From: Nitrososphaeraceae archaeon
GTDB taxonomy: Archaea; Thermoproteota; Nitrososphaeria; Nitrososphaerales; Nitrososphaeraceae
Length of the DNA: 63,298 nucleotides
Direction: 5' to 3'
Assembly (NCBI GenBank): GCA_046261955.1
Contig: JBHENS010000001.1
Span: 1 to 63,298, forward strand
The notes below the pieces were generated by a model. It was not told where the DNA came from and ran no database searches. It worked only from the letters and a program-made list of their open reading frames with translations. Below, piece after piece: positions 11,142 to 20,772 of this stretch (its first letter is position 1; each line of letters opens with the position of its first letter). Made by a program: the position numbers and the translations under genes.

Positions 11142-12332
11142 ATGATGAAACGTGCTAATGATATACCTAATTATCTTGAACTTGTAACAAATCTAGAAGA
11201 GTTTGGACTATCAAAGTATGAGTCTATGGCATACATTACTTTGGTTTCAAGAGGAACTTTGGGTGCAAGTGAGATAGCTTACTATTCTAATCTTCCTAGA
11301 ACAAAAATTTACACAACCCTGAAAAAATTAGAAAGAAAAAAACTGTCAACCATTTCGAGTCAGAAACCAATGATAGCTACAGCTACCGCGCCTAACGAAG
11401 CATTCGGAGAGATAATTACTTTGCAAGAAAGAAGATTGTCATCAATGCATAATATTTTGGATAGACTGAAGAAGATGAGAGAAGAGGGTAAAAAGTCCTG
11501 TGAAGAAAGAAAGTATTTAACATTGGAACCCAATATAGTGGTACAAAAAATTAAAGAATTGATCTCATCAAGCAAATCAAATATAGATTTGATTCTCGAT
11601 TCGTGGGGACAAAATGTAGTTTTTCAATGTAAGCCTTCCATAACAAGCGCCACTAAGAAGGGAGTGAAAATCAAAATGTTACTTGGAAACGAATCTATCA
11701 TCAGTGATGGAATTGGTACGTTCCCAGACGGCGTAGAAATTAGGTCTGATACTGTTTCCGGAAATATATTGATTTTCGACTACAAAAAAATTTTTTTTAT
11801 CGACAGTACAAATGGAAAGGCTTCACTAATACTGACAGCAGACCCATATGGTTCATCGTATGTCAAATTATTTGATGAAAAATGGAAAAAAGCATTGAGA
11901 CTCAATAGCGTTATGCTTGGCAATAAAGTTCCAAAAGAAGCATTAATTCTATCAAAAATAGTAGAACATGATCTATCACAAATATTATTGGATATGTCAA
12001 TAATGCAGGATAACAATTATACCTCGCTAATCAATGAAATTGAAAAATTTAGCAGTGTATCAAACTACCAAAGTATTGAGGAAATAATAAGTATTGTAGA
12101 TTATGCATTGAGAATAAGCTACTCTGGATTTCTAAAATATGAAAGCCAAGACAACATGTTAAAGCTGCATTTTGACTCAAAAGAAAGATCAATTGTACCT
12201 TGGGCCATAATTATTGTGGCATATATCAAGAAATTTGGAAATGATGCACAGATCATATATGACGATAGTCAAATGAAAGCAAACACAATATACATAAAGC
12301 TCCTACATCCAGCAGTGATTCACGCAAACTAA
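11142..12332 (+). CDS. TrmB-family transcriptional regulator with extended C-terminus
   Basis: FGLSKYES.AY..L, ASEIA..S.LPRTKIY..L..LE HTH followed by an effector-binding region; ORF is open from 11088. Confidence 0.88.
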   Translation: MMKRANDIPNYLELVTNLEEFGLSKYESMAYITLVSRGTLGASEIAYYSNLPRTKIYTTLKKLERKKLSTISSQKPMIATATAPNEAFGEIITLQERRLSSMHNILDRLKKMREEGKKSCEERKYLTLEPNIVVQKIKELISSSKSNIDLILDSWGQNVVFQCKPSITSATKKGVKIKMLLGNESIISDGIGTFPDGVEIRSDTVSGNILIFDYKKIFFIDSTNGKASLILTADPYGSSYVKLFDEKWKKALRLNSVMLGNKVPKEALILSKIVEHDLSQILLDMSIMQDNNYTSLINEIEKFSSVSNYQSIEEIISIVDYALRISYSGFLKYESQDNMLKLHFDSKERSIVPWAIIIVAYIKKFGNDAQIIYDDSQMKANTIYIKLLHPAVIHAN

Positions 12333-12358
12333 ATACTGCTAGATGTGATGTTTTAGTA

Positions 12359-12892
12359 TTATTCTTGATTTTGAGCAATTTTTGAATCTATCAATTTTTT
12401 ATATCGTACGCGCAATTTGTTACCACAAAGCAAACAAATTGTTTGAGTTGGTGGATATCCCTTCCCACAGCTTTTACAAAACCTAACCCATTTTCTTCTA
12501 TCCCTAATGCCTTTTGTTCCTAGATTTAGTAAATCAATTGACAAAGTTTTTGCCAAATTACATACTGCAAAGTCATCGGTTACCAGTGTTGCATGGAACT
12601 CCTTGGCCAAAGCAACAATTGAAATATCAGCGTCAGAAAGTCGGGTTTCGCCTATTTGTTTGACGACAGATCTAACGAGTCCTAATGTACTATCGCTGGG
12701 TTGAAATATCATTATTCTCCTGTTTGATATCAAACTATCCAAAATTGAAAGGTTACTTTGAATGTGGGAAATCTCTGCAAAAACCAACCCTGTCGTAATG
12801 CACGTACTATTAGAACGCAAATGAAATCCTTGATAAAATGCAGTTGCATCTAGTGCAAATTTTGATTCTGTTTTAGAAACCAAGTTTTTCAA
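12359..12892 (-). CDS. nob1: Nob1-family PIN endonuclease with Zn ribbon (SSU rRNA maturation)
   Basis: LDATAF, LSDADISIVALA, TDDF; C-terminal CKSC...CLLCG. Confidence 0.88.
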   Translation of the reverse strand: MKNLVSKTESKFALDATAFYQGFHLRSNSTCITTGLVFAEISHIQSNLSILDSLISNRRIMIFQPSDSTLGLVRSVVKQIGETRLSDADISIVALAKEFHATLVTDDFAVCNLAKTLSIDLLNLGTKGIRDRRKWVRFCKSCGKGYPPTQTICLLCGNKLRVRYKKLIDSKIAQNQE

Positions 12893-13691
12893 GTTGTCTT
12901 ATTCCTCTTTTACCAATACGGAGGAATACTCCATCATACGGATATTTAGAAATGGTGATGTTATCTTTTTCCTTGGCATCAAAGACTTGTTGACCGTCAA
13001 TAATTACTTTGGAATTATCAGTAGAGCTAATAGTAATATCCTTCAATTCGACAATCAATGCAGGTGTTTTGTTAACAGGAGCGATAGGTAATATCATGAC
13101 ACAATACATATTCTCATGAACTATGGGCCCACCTAATGAAAGAGCATGTCCGGTAGACCCTGTTGGTGTTGAAATTATTACGCCATCCATTTTTTGGGAT
13201 ACAGGATAGTCAAAAACGTTGATAGTAATTGTAGGAGTCTTGGTCAAATTTGTTCTCGTCATAACTATATCATTGAGGGCCGGTCCAATCATTTTACCAT
13301 CAATATGTGCCTGTAATCTCAGTCTACTATCATAAAAATAATTTCCATTAAAAATATCATGTAGCTGCTGTTCAATGGGCTTTGTATTTGCTTCTGCCAG
13401 GATACCTCTGGTACCCCCTATGTTTAAACTGAAAACAGGTGTACTTTTTTTTATCATTCTAAACGCACGAAGGGTTGTTCCGTCTCCCCCTATGGCAAAT
13501 ACCACATCCAGATCATTATTCATAAGTTCTGTAGGATCAACGAGGTGAACATTATCGAGATCTAGAGGTTCTATTGAAAATACTTTGATCTTTTTTTCGT
13601 CTAAAGATTTTGCAATAAATCGTGCGGCATCCTTTGCTAACTCATTCCTTATTTTTGTGATTATAGCAGCCTGGTTGATCTGAAGAACCAA
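12873..13691 (-). CDS. nadK: NAD(+)/NADH kinase
   Basis: GGDGT, ALND, DGVIISTPTGSTGHALSLGGP. Confidence 0.93.
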   Translation of the reverse strand: MVLQINQAAIITKIRNELAKDAARFIAKSLDEKKIKVFSIEPLDLDNVHLVDPTELMNNDLDVVFAIGGDGTTLRAFRMIKKSTPVFSLNIGGTRGILAEANTKPIEQQLHDIFNGNYFYDSRLRLQAHIDGKMIGPALNDIVMTRTNLTKTPTITINVFDYPVSQKMDGVIISTPTGSTGHALSLGGPIVHENMYCVMILPIAPVNKTPALIVELKDITISSTDNSKVIIDGQQVFDAKEKDNITISKYPYDGVFLRIGKRGIRQLEKLGF

Positions 13692-13784
13692 TTAACAAGT
13701 TAGTTTCTTGCATGACATAAATGCATTTTTGTCGAATATTTTGATATCCACACGAATAAATATCCTCTAATTAATTCGATTTAT

Positions 13785-13858
13785 GGGCCGATAGCTCAGC
13801 TTGGCGGAGCGTTCGACTGATAATCGAAAGGCCGAGGGTTCAAATCCCTTTCGGCCCA
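13785..13858 (+). tRNA. tRNA-Ile(GAU)
   Basis: Acceptor GGGCCGA/TCGGCCC+A, anticodon arm TTCGA-CT-GAT-AA-TCGAA, T arm with TTCAAAT loop. Confidence 0.97.
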
Positions 13859-13883
13859 CTTGTAAATAATAACTATCATGGAA

Positions 13884-14794
13884 TTAAGATGACGTGTTAC
13901 GATATTCATCTTTTGCCCAATCAATAAGTGACTTTAGTTCGGTGGTACTGTAATCAACATCCATCTCCTGAGATACCTGCAACAAATCATTACTAGTAAA
14001 AATGGCTATCCTTAAATCGTTCTCAGCCTTCTTCCTTAGTGCCCTAATAGTATTGGACAGGAATTTCAACGTATTTGCATTAAAAGAAAATATCATGACT
14101 GCAGAAAGTCCATTCATATTTTTTAACTTCTTAGTAATGAGCCTCTGAATGTCAATATCAAAAAATGGATCTATTTTGTTTTCAACATTTCCTAAATACA
14201 ATGAATGCCACCCCATCAAATGTAAAATTACCGAAGCAATTCTTGCATGGTAAGTTGCCTCTTCTGATCCAGAAACAACTATCGAATAGGCTTTTAATTT
14301 GGGAGTATCTATTGTAGAAACAAATTTTATCATCAGTACGAGATCCAGGGCAGTAGTAGAAATTAGTAATTTTTCGGTTTCGCTAATTTTCCCTCTGTTG
14401 TACATGTCATTTAATATATTCAAAGTTGGTAAAATAATATCAAATAGTATTCTCTCTTTTGATATCGTTGAAAATAATAAATTCGAAATAATAAGTATGG
14501 CTTGTGACTCATTTCCTTGAATTAAGGAATCTAAAAATTTTTGTTGTAGGTTGTGGGTGTTTAGAGGGAATTCAATCGGAGGAGCGTCTTTGTCCAAGTA
14601 CCAAACATTAACGGTTCCAATTTTTTTTTTCTAATCAATCCTTGTGCAAGCATCAGACTCAGGTATTTTGTAAGGGTCATTCGATTTATTTTGGTTTTTG
14701 TGGAAAGTTCAATTCCAGACAGACCAGCGTAGTTTTGAGACAAAGCAGAAAATACCTTTTTCTTTACTTCTTCAAAATTATAGCCGTAATGCAT
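13884..14794 (-). pseudogene. wHTH plus B12-binding-fold regulator, frameshifted at an A10 run (14621-14630)
   Basis: ORF 14561-14794 gives the HTH (GLSGIELSTKTKINRMTLTKYL); ORF 13884-14597 gives the cap and Rossmann-like domain. A11 or A8 joins them as LIRKK(K)IGTVNVWYLDKDAPPIEFP. Confidence 0.75.
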
Positions 14795-14899
14795 ATGGGA
14801 TATTGATCATGTATGTTTTAATAGTTTTCATTTTTTGAATGACATTTTCAAGATTAATCAAAAAAATATAAGTCTATACTTATATCGGTTGCAATAGGA

Positions 14900-16111
14900 A
14901 TGTCCAATAAAAAAGCGGTATTAGCTTTCTCTGGGGGGTTGGATACTTCAGTATGTGTAAAATATCTTCAAAATAATCATAATATGAAGGTAATTACCGC
15001 TACCGTTGACTGCGGACAAGAAGATGACTTTGAAGAAATTAGAAAAAAATCAAAGATTCTTGGGGCGATTAAGCATGTTAATATTGATGCCAAAAAGGAA
15101 TTCGTTGAAAGATATGTCAATAGATCAATAAAGGCAAATGGTCTTTACCAGGGAAAATATCCACTTGCTACGGCGCTAGCCCGTCCCTTAATTGCAGATA
15201 AAATAATGAAAGTCGCTGCGGAGGAGGATGCAATGGCAGTTGCTCATGGATGCACAGGTAAAGGAAACGATCAGGTCAGGTTTGATATTGCAATGTCGTC
15301 GATAGATCCAAGTATCAAGATTATTGCGCCAATCAGGGAAATGAATCTTACACGTGATCTTGAAATAAAATACGCAAAAAAAAATAATGTTCCGCTTAGT
15401 GAGGAAATCAAAAAATATAGTACTGACATGAACATATGGGGAAGAGCAATAGAAGCAGGAAAATTAGAAGATCCTTGGGTAGAGCCTCCCGAAGAAATTT
15501 TTAGTTTAGTTAAAAATGAGAATATTCCTGCGGAATATCTTGAGATAGAATTTGACAGAGGAATACCTGTTGGAGTTGACAATAAAAAGATGAGCCTAAT
15601 GAACGTAATTACATATTTGAATATCAAGGCGGGTAAACATGGAATTGGTGTGATAGATCATATAGAAGATAGAGTTGTTGGTATAAAGACCAGGGAGATA
15701 TACGAGGCCCCAGCTGCCCTGACGATTCTAACAGCTCATAAAGATTTGGAGCAATTGGTACTGACTAAACATGAGTTAAGATTTAAACAAGTCGTGGATG
15801 ATCAATGGAGTTGGATGGTCTATTCTGGATTATGGTTCGATCCCCTTAGAGAAGACTTGGATAAGTTTATAGATGCAACCCAAAATAGAGTTACAGGAAA
15901 AGTTAAAATGAAATTACAAAATGGATCCGCTAAGGTAGTTGGAAGAAAATCTAAGAATTCACTCTACAGGCAGACCCTTGCCACATATGCATCAGATTCC
16001 ATTTTCGATCAAAACCTTGCAAAAGGTTTTATAGAGTTATGGGGGATGGAAACAGTTATTGCTAATAAACTATCAAGGAACTTATCTACGAAGGGAAAAG
16101 GGGAAGACTAG
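14900..16111 (+). CDS. argG: Argininosuccinate synthase
   Basis: LAFSGGLDTS, HGCTGKGNDQVRF, GIKTREIYEAP. Confidence 0.98.
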   Translation: MSNKKAVLAFSGGLDTSVCVKYLQNNHNMKVITATVDCGQEDDFEEIRKKSKILGAIKHVNIDAKKEFVERYVNRSIKANGLYQGKYPLATALARPLIADKIMKVAAEEDAMAVAHGCTGKGNDQVRFDIAMSSIDPSIKIIAPIREMNLTRDLEIKYAKKNNVPLSEEIKKYSTDMNIWGRAIEAGKLEDPWVEPPEEIFSLVKNENIPAEYLEIEFDRGIPVGVDNKKMSLMNVITYLNIKAGKHGIGVIDHIEDRVVGIKTREIYEAPAALTILTAHKDLEQLVLTKHELRFKQVVDDQWSWMVYSGLWFDPLREDLDKFIDATQNRVTGKVKMKLQNGSAKVVGRKSKNSLYRQTLATYASDSIFDQNLAKGFIELWGMETVIANKLSRNLSTKGKGED

Positions 16112-16113
16112 AA

Positions 16114-16287
16114 ATGAAAAAAGAATGTAAAGACTGTGGTGCTGAGCTGACTATACCACAGGATTCAATGGTTGGAGAAATTATAACATGTCCGGATTGC
16201 GGCACCGATTTTGAAATTGTATCAAAGAATGAGGACAATGTTGAGATGAAAGAAGCCGAGTCAGTCGGAGAAGACTGGGGACAATAG
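16114..16287 (+). CDS. lysW: LysW/ArgW amino-group carrier protein (57 aa, ends EDWGQ); missed by the ORF track
   Basis: Hand translation MKKECKDCGAELTIPQDSMVGEIITCPDCGTDFEIVSKNEDNVEMKEAESVGEDWGQ; two CxxC pairs, acidic; lies between argG and the ligase gene. Confidence 0.93.
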   Translation: MKKECKDCGAELTIPQDSMVGEIITCPDCGTDFEIVSKNEDNVEMKEAESVGEDWGQ

Positions 16288-17148
16288 TTGATTAGAATAT
16301 GCGTAATTTATGACAAATTAAGATTTGAAGAAAAAAAAATATTTAGTAATATCCGGGAGAAAGGTTTTGACGCAACTTTAGTAGATGGAAAATCTCTAAC
16401 TTTCGATACTGAATCAAGTAAAGGCGATTCTAGATTTGGAGACGTAGTATTACAGCGTCTGATAAGTTATAACAGGGGTTTACACTTAACTTATTGTCTA
16501 GAAAATATAGGATTGCCTGTTGTAAATTCATTTAATGTTGGCGAAATCTGTGGAAATAAACTAATCACATCCTTGGTCTTAAAGAAGAATAATGTGCCGA
16601 CACCCAAAACTACTTTTGCTTTTAGCACGGAATCAGCAAGAGAGTGTATGAAAAAATTGGGATACCCATTGGTAGTTAAACCAATTATTGGTTCCTGGGG
16701 ACGCGGAGTTTACCAAATAAAAGACCAATATATGGCTGAAATGTTGTTGGATTCAAGACAAGATAATGATAATTCATTTTCCAGAATTTATTATTTCCAA
16801 GAATTAATAGACCGTCCTTCTCGCGACATTAGATGCATTGTGATAGGAGATCAAATAGTAGCATCTGTCTATAGATATTCATCAGATAACGAGTGGAGAA
16901 CGAATGTAGCGGTAGGTGGTCGGACTGAAGAAGCACCTTTGACTTCAGAATTACAGGAAATAGTGTTAAAAGCATCAAATGCGGTTGGCGGTGGTATTTT
17001 AGGAGTTGATCTCATGGAAGACAAAGAGAGAGGCTATATGGTACATGAGGTAAACAATACTGTCGAATTTAGAGGGGCATCAGCTGTGTGCAAATCTGAT
17101 ATTGCAGGAGCAATGACAGACTATTTGGTAAAGATGTCATCGAAATAG
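16288..17148 (+). CDS. argX: ATP-grasp LysW ligase, ArgX-type (glutamate--LysW ligase)
   Basis: GSWGR loop; WRTNVAVGG and EFRG resemble ArgX rather than LysX signatures; adjacent to argG. Confidence 0.8.
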   Translation: MIRICVIYDKLRFEEKKIFSNIREKGFDATLVDGKSLTFDTESSKGDSRFGDVVLQRLISYNRGLHLTYCLENIGLPVVNSFNVGEICGNKLITSLVLKKNNVPTPKTTFAFSTESARECMKKLGYPLVVKPIIGSWGRGVYQIKDQYMAEMLLDSRQDNDNSFSRIYYFQELIDRPSRDIRCIVIGDQIVASVYRYSSDNEWRTNVAVGGRTEEAPLTSELQEIVLKASNAVGGGILGVDLMEDKERGYMVHEVNNTVEFRGASAVCKSDIAGAMTDYLVKMSSK

Positions 17149-17262
17149 ATTTGCATTTTAGACATGGCATGTCAGTCTTAATTGTACCGTTAAGTGTCAT
17201 GTCATGGATAACAAAATTCATAAGATGTCATAGTAGAAATTTCGGTAAGGGAAGAGAGTGAA

Positions 17263-18315
17263 ATGAAAGTTGGAGTAATTGGTGCTTCAGGATATGTAGG
17301 TGGAGAACTCTTGCGGTTGCTAGTAATGCATCCGGATGTAGAATTGAGTGTTTTAACTTCTAGACAGAATGCAGGAGAATATGTTCACAGAATACATCCT
17401 AGTCTCAAGAGTTTCATTGATCTAAAATTCTCACCCATGGAATTGGACAAATTGGTAAATCAATGTGATTTGATATTTGTATCAGTTCCTCATGGTAACG
17501 CGTTGAACATCGTCAAGGACCTATATGATACTGGAATAAAGTTAATTGATTTATCGGCTGACTTCCGCTTAAAGAATGCAGAAGACTATGTTAAATGGTA
17601 TGGATGGGAACATCCATTTCCTGATTTACTTTCTAAATCTGTGTATGGTATACCAGAGCTTCACAGAAATGAAATCAAGGATGCACAATTAGTTTCCTGT
17701 CCTGGTTGTATGGCAGTAACTTCAATTTTGGCATTAAAGCCCTTAATGGAGAATAAGTTAATCGATACTAATCACATAATAGTTGATAGTAAAATAGGCT
17801 CCTCTGGTGCAGGTGCCACGGATAGTGCTGGTACTCATCACGCAATGAGATACGGAGTAATAAGACCTTACAAACCTTCCAAGCACAGACACACTGGAGA
17901 AATAGAACAGGAATTAAGTATTCTATCAGGGGAAAAAATTAAGGTAAGTATGAGTCCTCATGCTGTTAATCTCGTAAGGGGAATATTGACTACAAATCAC
18001 GTATTTCTTAACTCGCCAACGTCAGAAATTGAGCTATGGAAAGCCTACAGAAACTCGTACAAAGAAGAACCTTTTATTAGATTAATAAGAGACAAGAAGG
18101 GTCTCTATAAATTCCCAGATCCAAAATTTGTAGTCGGCTCCAATTTCTGCGATGTGGGTTTTGACATGGATGAAAACACTAGCCGTATTGTTGCGCTTTC
18201 GGCCTCTGATAATTTGATGAAAGGCGCAGCAGGCTCTGCCATACAGAATATGAACCTTATGTGCGGATATAATGAGACCAATGGACTAAGATACACTCCA
18301 TTAACACCGGTATGA
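17263..18315 (+). CDS. lysY: LysW-aminoadipyl/glutamyl-phosphate reductase (ArgC/LysY)
   Basis: GASGYVGGEL, DLSADFR, CPGC, GSSGAG, DNLMKGAAG. Confidence 0.95.
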   Translation: MKVGVIGASGYVGGELLRLLVMHPDVELSVLTSRQNAGEYVHRIHPSLKSFIDLKFSPMELDKLVNQCDLIFVSVPHGNALNIVKDLYDTGIKLIDLSADFRLKNAEDYVKWYGWEHPFPDLLSKSVYGIPELHRNEIKDAQLVSCPGCMAVTSILALKPLMENKLIDTNHIIVDSKIGSSGAGATDSAGTHHAMRYGVIRPYKPSKHRHTGEIEQELSILSGEKIKVSMSPHAVNLVRGILTTNHVFLNSPTSEIELWKAYRNSYKEEPFIRLIRDKKGLYKFPDPKFVVGSNFCDVGFDMDENTSRIVALSASDNLMKGAAGSAIQNMNLMCGYNETNGLRYTPLTPV

Positions 18316-19112
18316 TAGTCATAAAGTTTGGTGGAAGTGTACTCAATGACTTGCATCCATCAATAGTCGAAGATATACGTCAAATTTCACTAAATGAGAA
18401 AATGGTTCTTGTACATGGGGGTGGTAACGAAGTAACTAACATAGCCACAAAACTTGGAAAAGAACAAAAATTTATCGTTTCTCCCAGTGGGATTAGAAGT
18501 AGATACACAGATGAGGAAACAGCTGAAATTTATACAATGGTAATGTCTGGTAAGATTAACAAGATAATAGTCAGGATGCTGGTACGAGCAGGAATAAGGG
18601 CTGTAGGAATCTCCGGTATAGATGACAACATACTGAGGGCTATAAGAAAAACCAAACTGACCGTGTTAAATGAAAAAGGTCGTAAGATGATTATTGAAGG
18701 AGGGTATACTGGCAAGATTCATTCTGTTGAAACTTCTCTCTTGAACACACTCACTGAGGGAGGATATTTGCCAGTAGTATCTCCAATAGCATTAAGTGAA
18801 AATCACGAATTTTTGAATGTTGATGGGGATAGAGCTGCAGCATATATAGCTGGAAACTTGAAGGCGGGAAAAGTAATTTTTCTAACTAATGTAAATGGTT
18901 TACATTTGGGTGACAAATTGGTAAAGAATCTGACCGCTAGTCAGGCCAAAGAATACCTACCAAAGATAGGTTTTGGAATGGAAAAAAAGATATTGGCTAG
19001 TACAGAAGCCTTAATGTTGGGGGCCAAAGAAGTGATTATATCATCAGGTAAAGTATCCAATCCAGTTACTAGTGCAATAAATCATGAAGATTGTACGGTG
19101 ATTTCAAATTGA
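18312..19112 (+). CDS. lysZ: LysW-aminoadipate/glutamate kinase (ArgB/LysZ)
   Basis: VIKFGGS, VHGGG, SRYTD, NVDGDRAAA. Confidence 0.95.
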   Translation: MIVIKFGGSVLNDLHPSIVEDIRQISLNEKMVLVHGGGNEVTNIATKLGKEQKFIVSPSGIRSRYTDEETAEIYTMVMSGKINKIIVRMLVRAGIRAVGISGIDDNILRAIRKTKLTVLNEKGRKMIIEGGYTGKIHSVETSLLNTLTEGGYLPVVSPIALSENHEFLNVDGDRAAAYIAGNLKAGKVIFLTNVNGLHLGDKLVKNLTASQAKEYLPKIGFGMEKKILASTEALMLGAKEVIISSGKVSNPVTSAINHEDCTVISN

Positions 19113-20296
19113 CAGTCAATGAAGACTCATTTTTGATAAATCTATACCAAAGATTTCCCGTTACTATCGATAGGGCACAAGATGCTACTATATGGGATAC
19201 CGATGGGAAGGAATACATCGACTGTATGGGTGGCTATGGTGTTGCCATAATAGGGCATTGTAATAAGAATGTCATAAACGCAATAACTCTTCAAATGAAT
19301 AAAGTGATGGTATGTCACATGTCTACATATAATGATAGCAGACTTCAATTTCTGTCAAAATTAAAATCTATAGCGCCTGAGAACCTTGGAAAAATATTCT
19401 TCAGCAATAGCGGGGCTGAGTCTATTGAAGCTGCCTTAAAATTCTCACGAAAATATTCACAAAAAAGTGGAGTAATTTCCATGTACGGTGGTTACCATGG
19501 AAAAACCTTTGGTGCATTATCTGTCACACACAATTCTAAATATCGTAAATCATTTAATCCCCTACTAGAGGGAGTAAAATTTGTTCCTTTTGGAGATATA
19601 TCGTCACTTACTGATGCGATAGATGAAAGTATTGGTACTGTAATTCTCGAACCAATCCAAGGAGAATCTGGAATAATTATGCCTCCAGAAGGCTATGTTA
19701 AAGCGGTCCGAGACTTATGTACTGAGAAAAAACTGGTATTGATCTTTGATGAAATACAAACTGGGCTTGGACGAACTGGTAAAATGTGGGCAGGTCAAAA
19801 TTGGAATGCTGTTCCTGACATCATGTGTATAGCAAAGGGTATTGCTTCAGGTGTTCCCGCTGGTGTAACATTTGTCAAGGAAGAAATAGCCAACTGTATG
19901 AACCTAGGAGAACATTCTTCGACTTTTGCAGGAAATCCAATTGCATGTTCTGCAGGCAATGCCACGATAGACACAATAATAAAGAAAGATCTGGTAACCA
20001 AAGCCTCCGATACAGGTACTTATTTCAAGAACAAACTCATTGAATTGAAGCAAAAACATCCTATTATAAGGGACGTAAGAGGTATGGGGATGATGCTTGC
20101 CTTAGAATCGCGTTTTGATGTCCGAGACATATTAATGGATGGCATAAAAAACGGCTTATTGATGTTATATTCTGGAAGAACAATAGTACGGCTCCTCCCG
20201 CCTTTAGTTATAAAGAAAGATCAGGTAAGTAGAGCTATTCATATAATGGATGAGATTCTAAGTGTCGAGGAGAAGAGGCGCAATGTCAAAGGATAA
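19109..20296 (+). CDS. lysJ: LysW-semialdehyde transaminase (ArgD/LysJ), class III PLP enzyme
   Basis: NSGAES, EPIQGE, DEIQTGLGRTG, IAKG; TTG start overlaps the lysZ stop. Confidence 0.93.
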   Translation: MTVNEDSFLINLYQRFPVTIDRAQDATIWDTDGKEYIDCMGGYGVAIIGHCNKNVINAITLQMNKVMVCHMSTYNDSRLQFLSKLKSIAPENLGKIFFSNSGAESIEAALKFSRKYSQKSGVISMYGGYHGKTFGALSVTHNSKYRKSFNPLLEGVKFVPFGDISSLTDAIDESIGTVILEPIQGESGIIMPPEGYVKAVRDLCTEKKLVLIFDEIQTGLGRTGKMWAGQNWNAVPDIMCIAKGIASGVPAGVTFVKEEIANCMNLGEHSSTFAGNPIACSAGNATIDTIIKKDLVTKASDTGTYFKNKLIELKQKHPIIRDVRGMGMMLALESRFDVRDILMDGIKNGLLMLYSGRTIVRLLPPLVIKKDQVSRAIHIMDEILSVEEKRRNVKG

Positions 20297-20705
20297 TGAA
20301 TTTGATCAACGGATCCTTGAGATCCTCCGTATGGATTCTAGAAAATCTTTTGTGGATATAGGAAAAGAGCTAGGTTTGTCTGAATCTGCGATAAGAAGAA
20401 GGATTAAGAATTTAATTGACGATGGATCAATATCTAGGTTCACAATTGAGGAAAATGCAGAGAAAAAAACTAGCGCCATAACATTACTCTCCGTAGGGTC
20501 AACCACCGACACAAACTCAGTTGCATCAAAACTCCAAAGCATCACTGGAGTCAAGGTCATCTATGAAATAACTGGACAATATGATATAGCGGTAATAATA
20601 TCAGCCAATTCAATAAACGAAATTAACAGCAGCATTGATGACATAAGAAGAATTGAAGGTATATCGGACACAGATACTGTGATTATTCTAAGAACACTTA
20701 CGTAA
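20283..20705 (+). CDS. lysM: Lrp/AsnC-family regulator LysM
   Basis: DQRILEIL..DSR.SF..IG.ELGLSESAIRRR HTH, YEITGQYD RAM domain; inside the lys cluster. Confidence 0.88.
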   Translation: MSKDNEFDQRILEILRMDSRKSFVDIGKELGLSESAIRRRIKNLIDDGSISRFTIEENAEKKTSAITLLSVGSTTDTNSVASKLQSITGVKVIYEITGQYDIAVIISANSINEINSSIDDIRRIEGISDTDTVIILRTLT

Positions 20706-20772
20706 GATACACATTTATTTAATAGCCGAAAAGATTTATATTGTATTCGAAATAAGCTTTATTTAAGCATAA

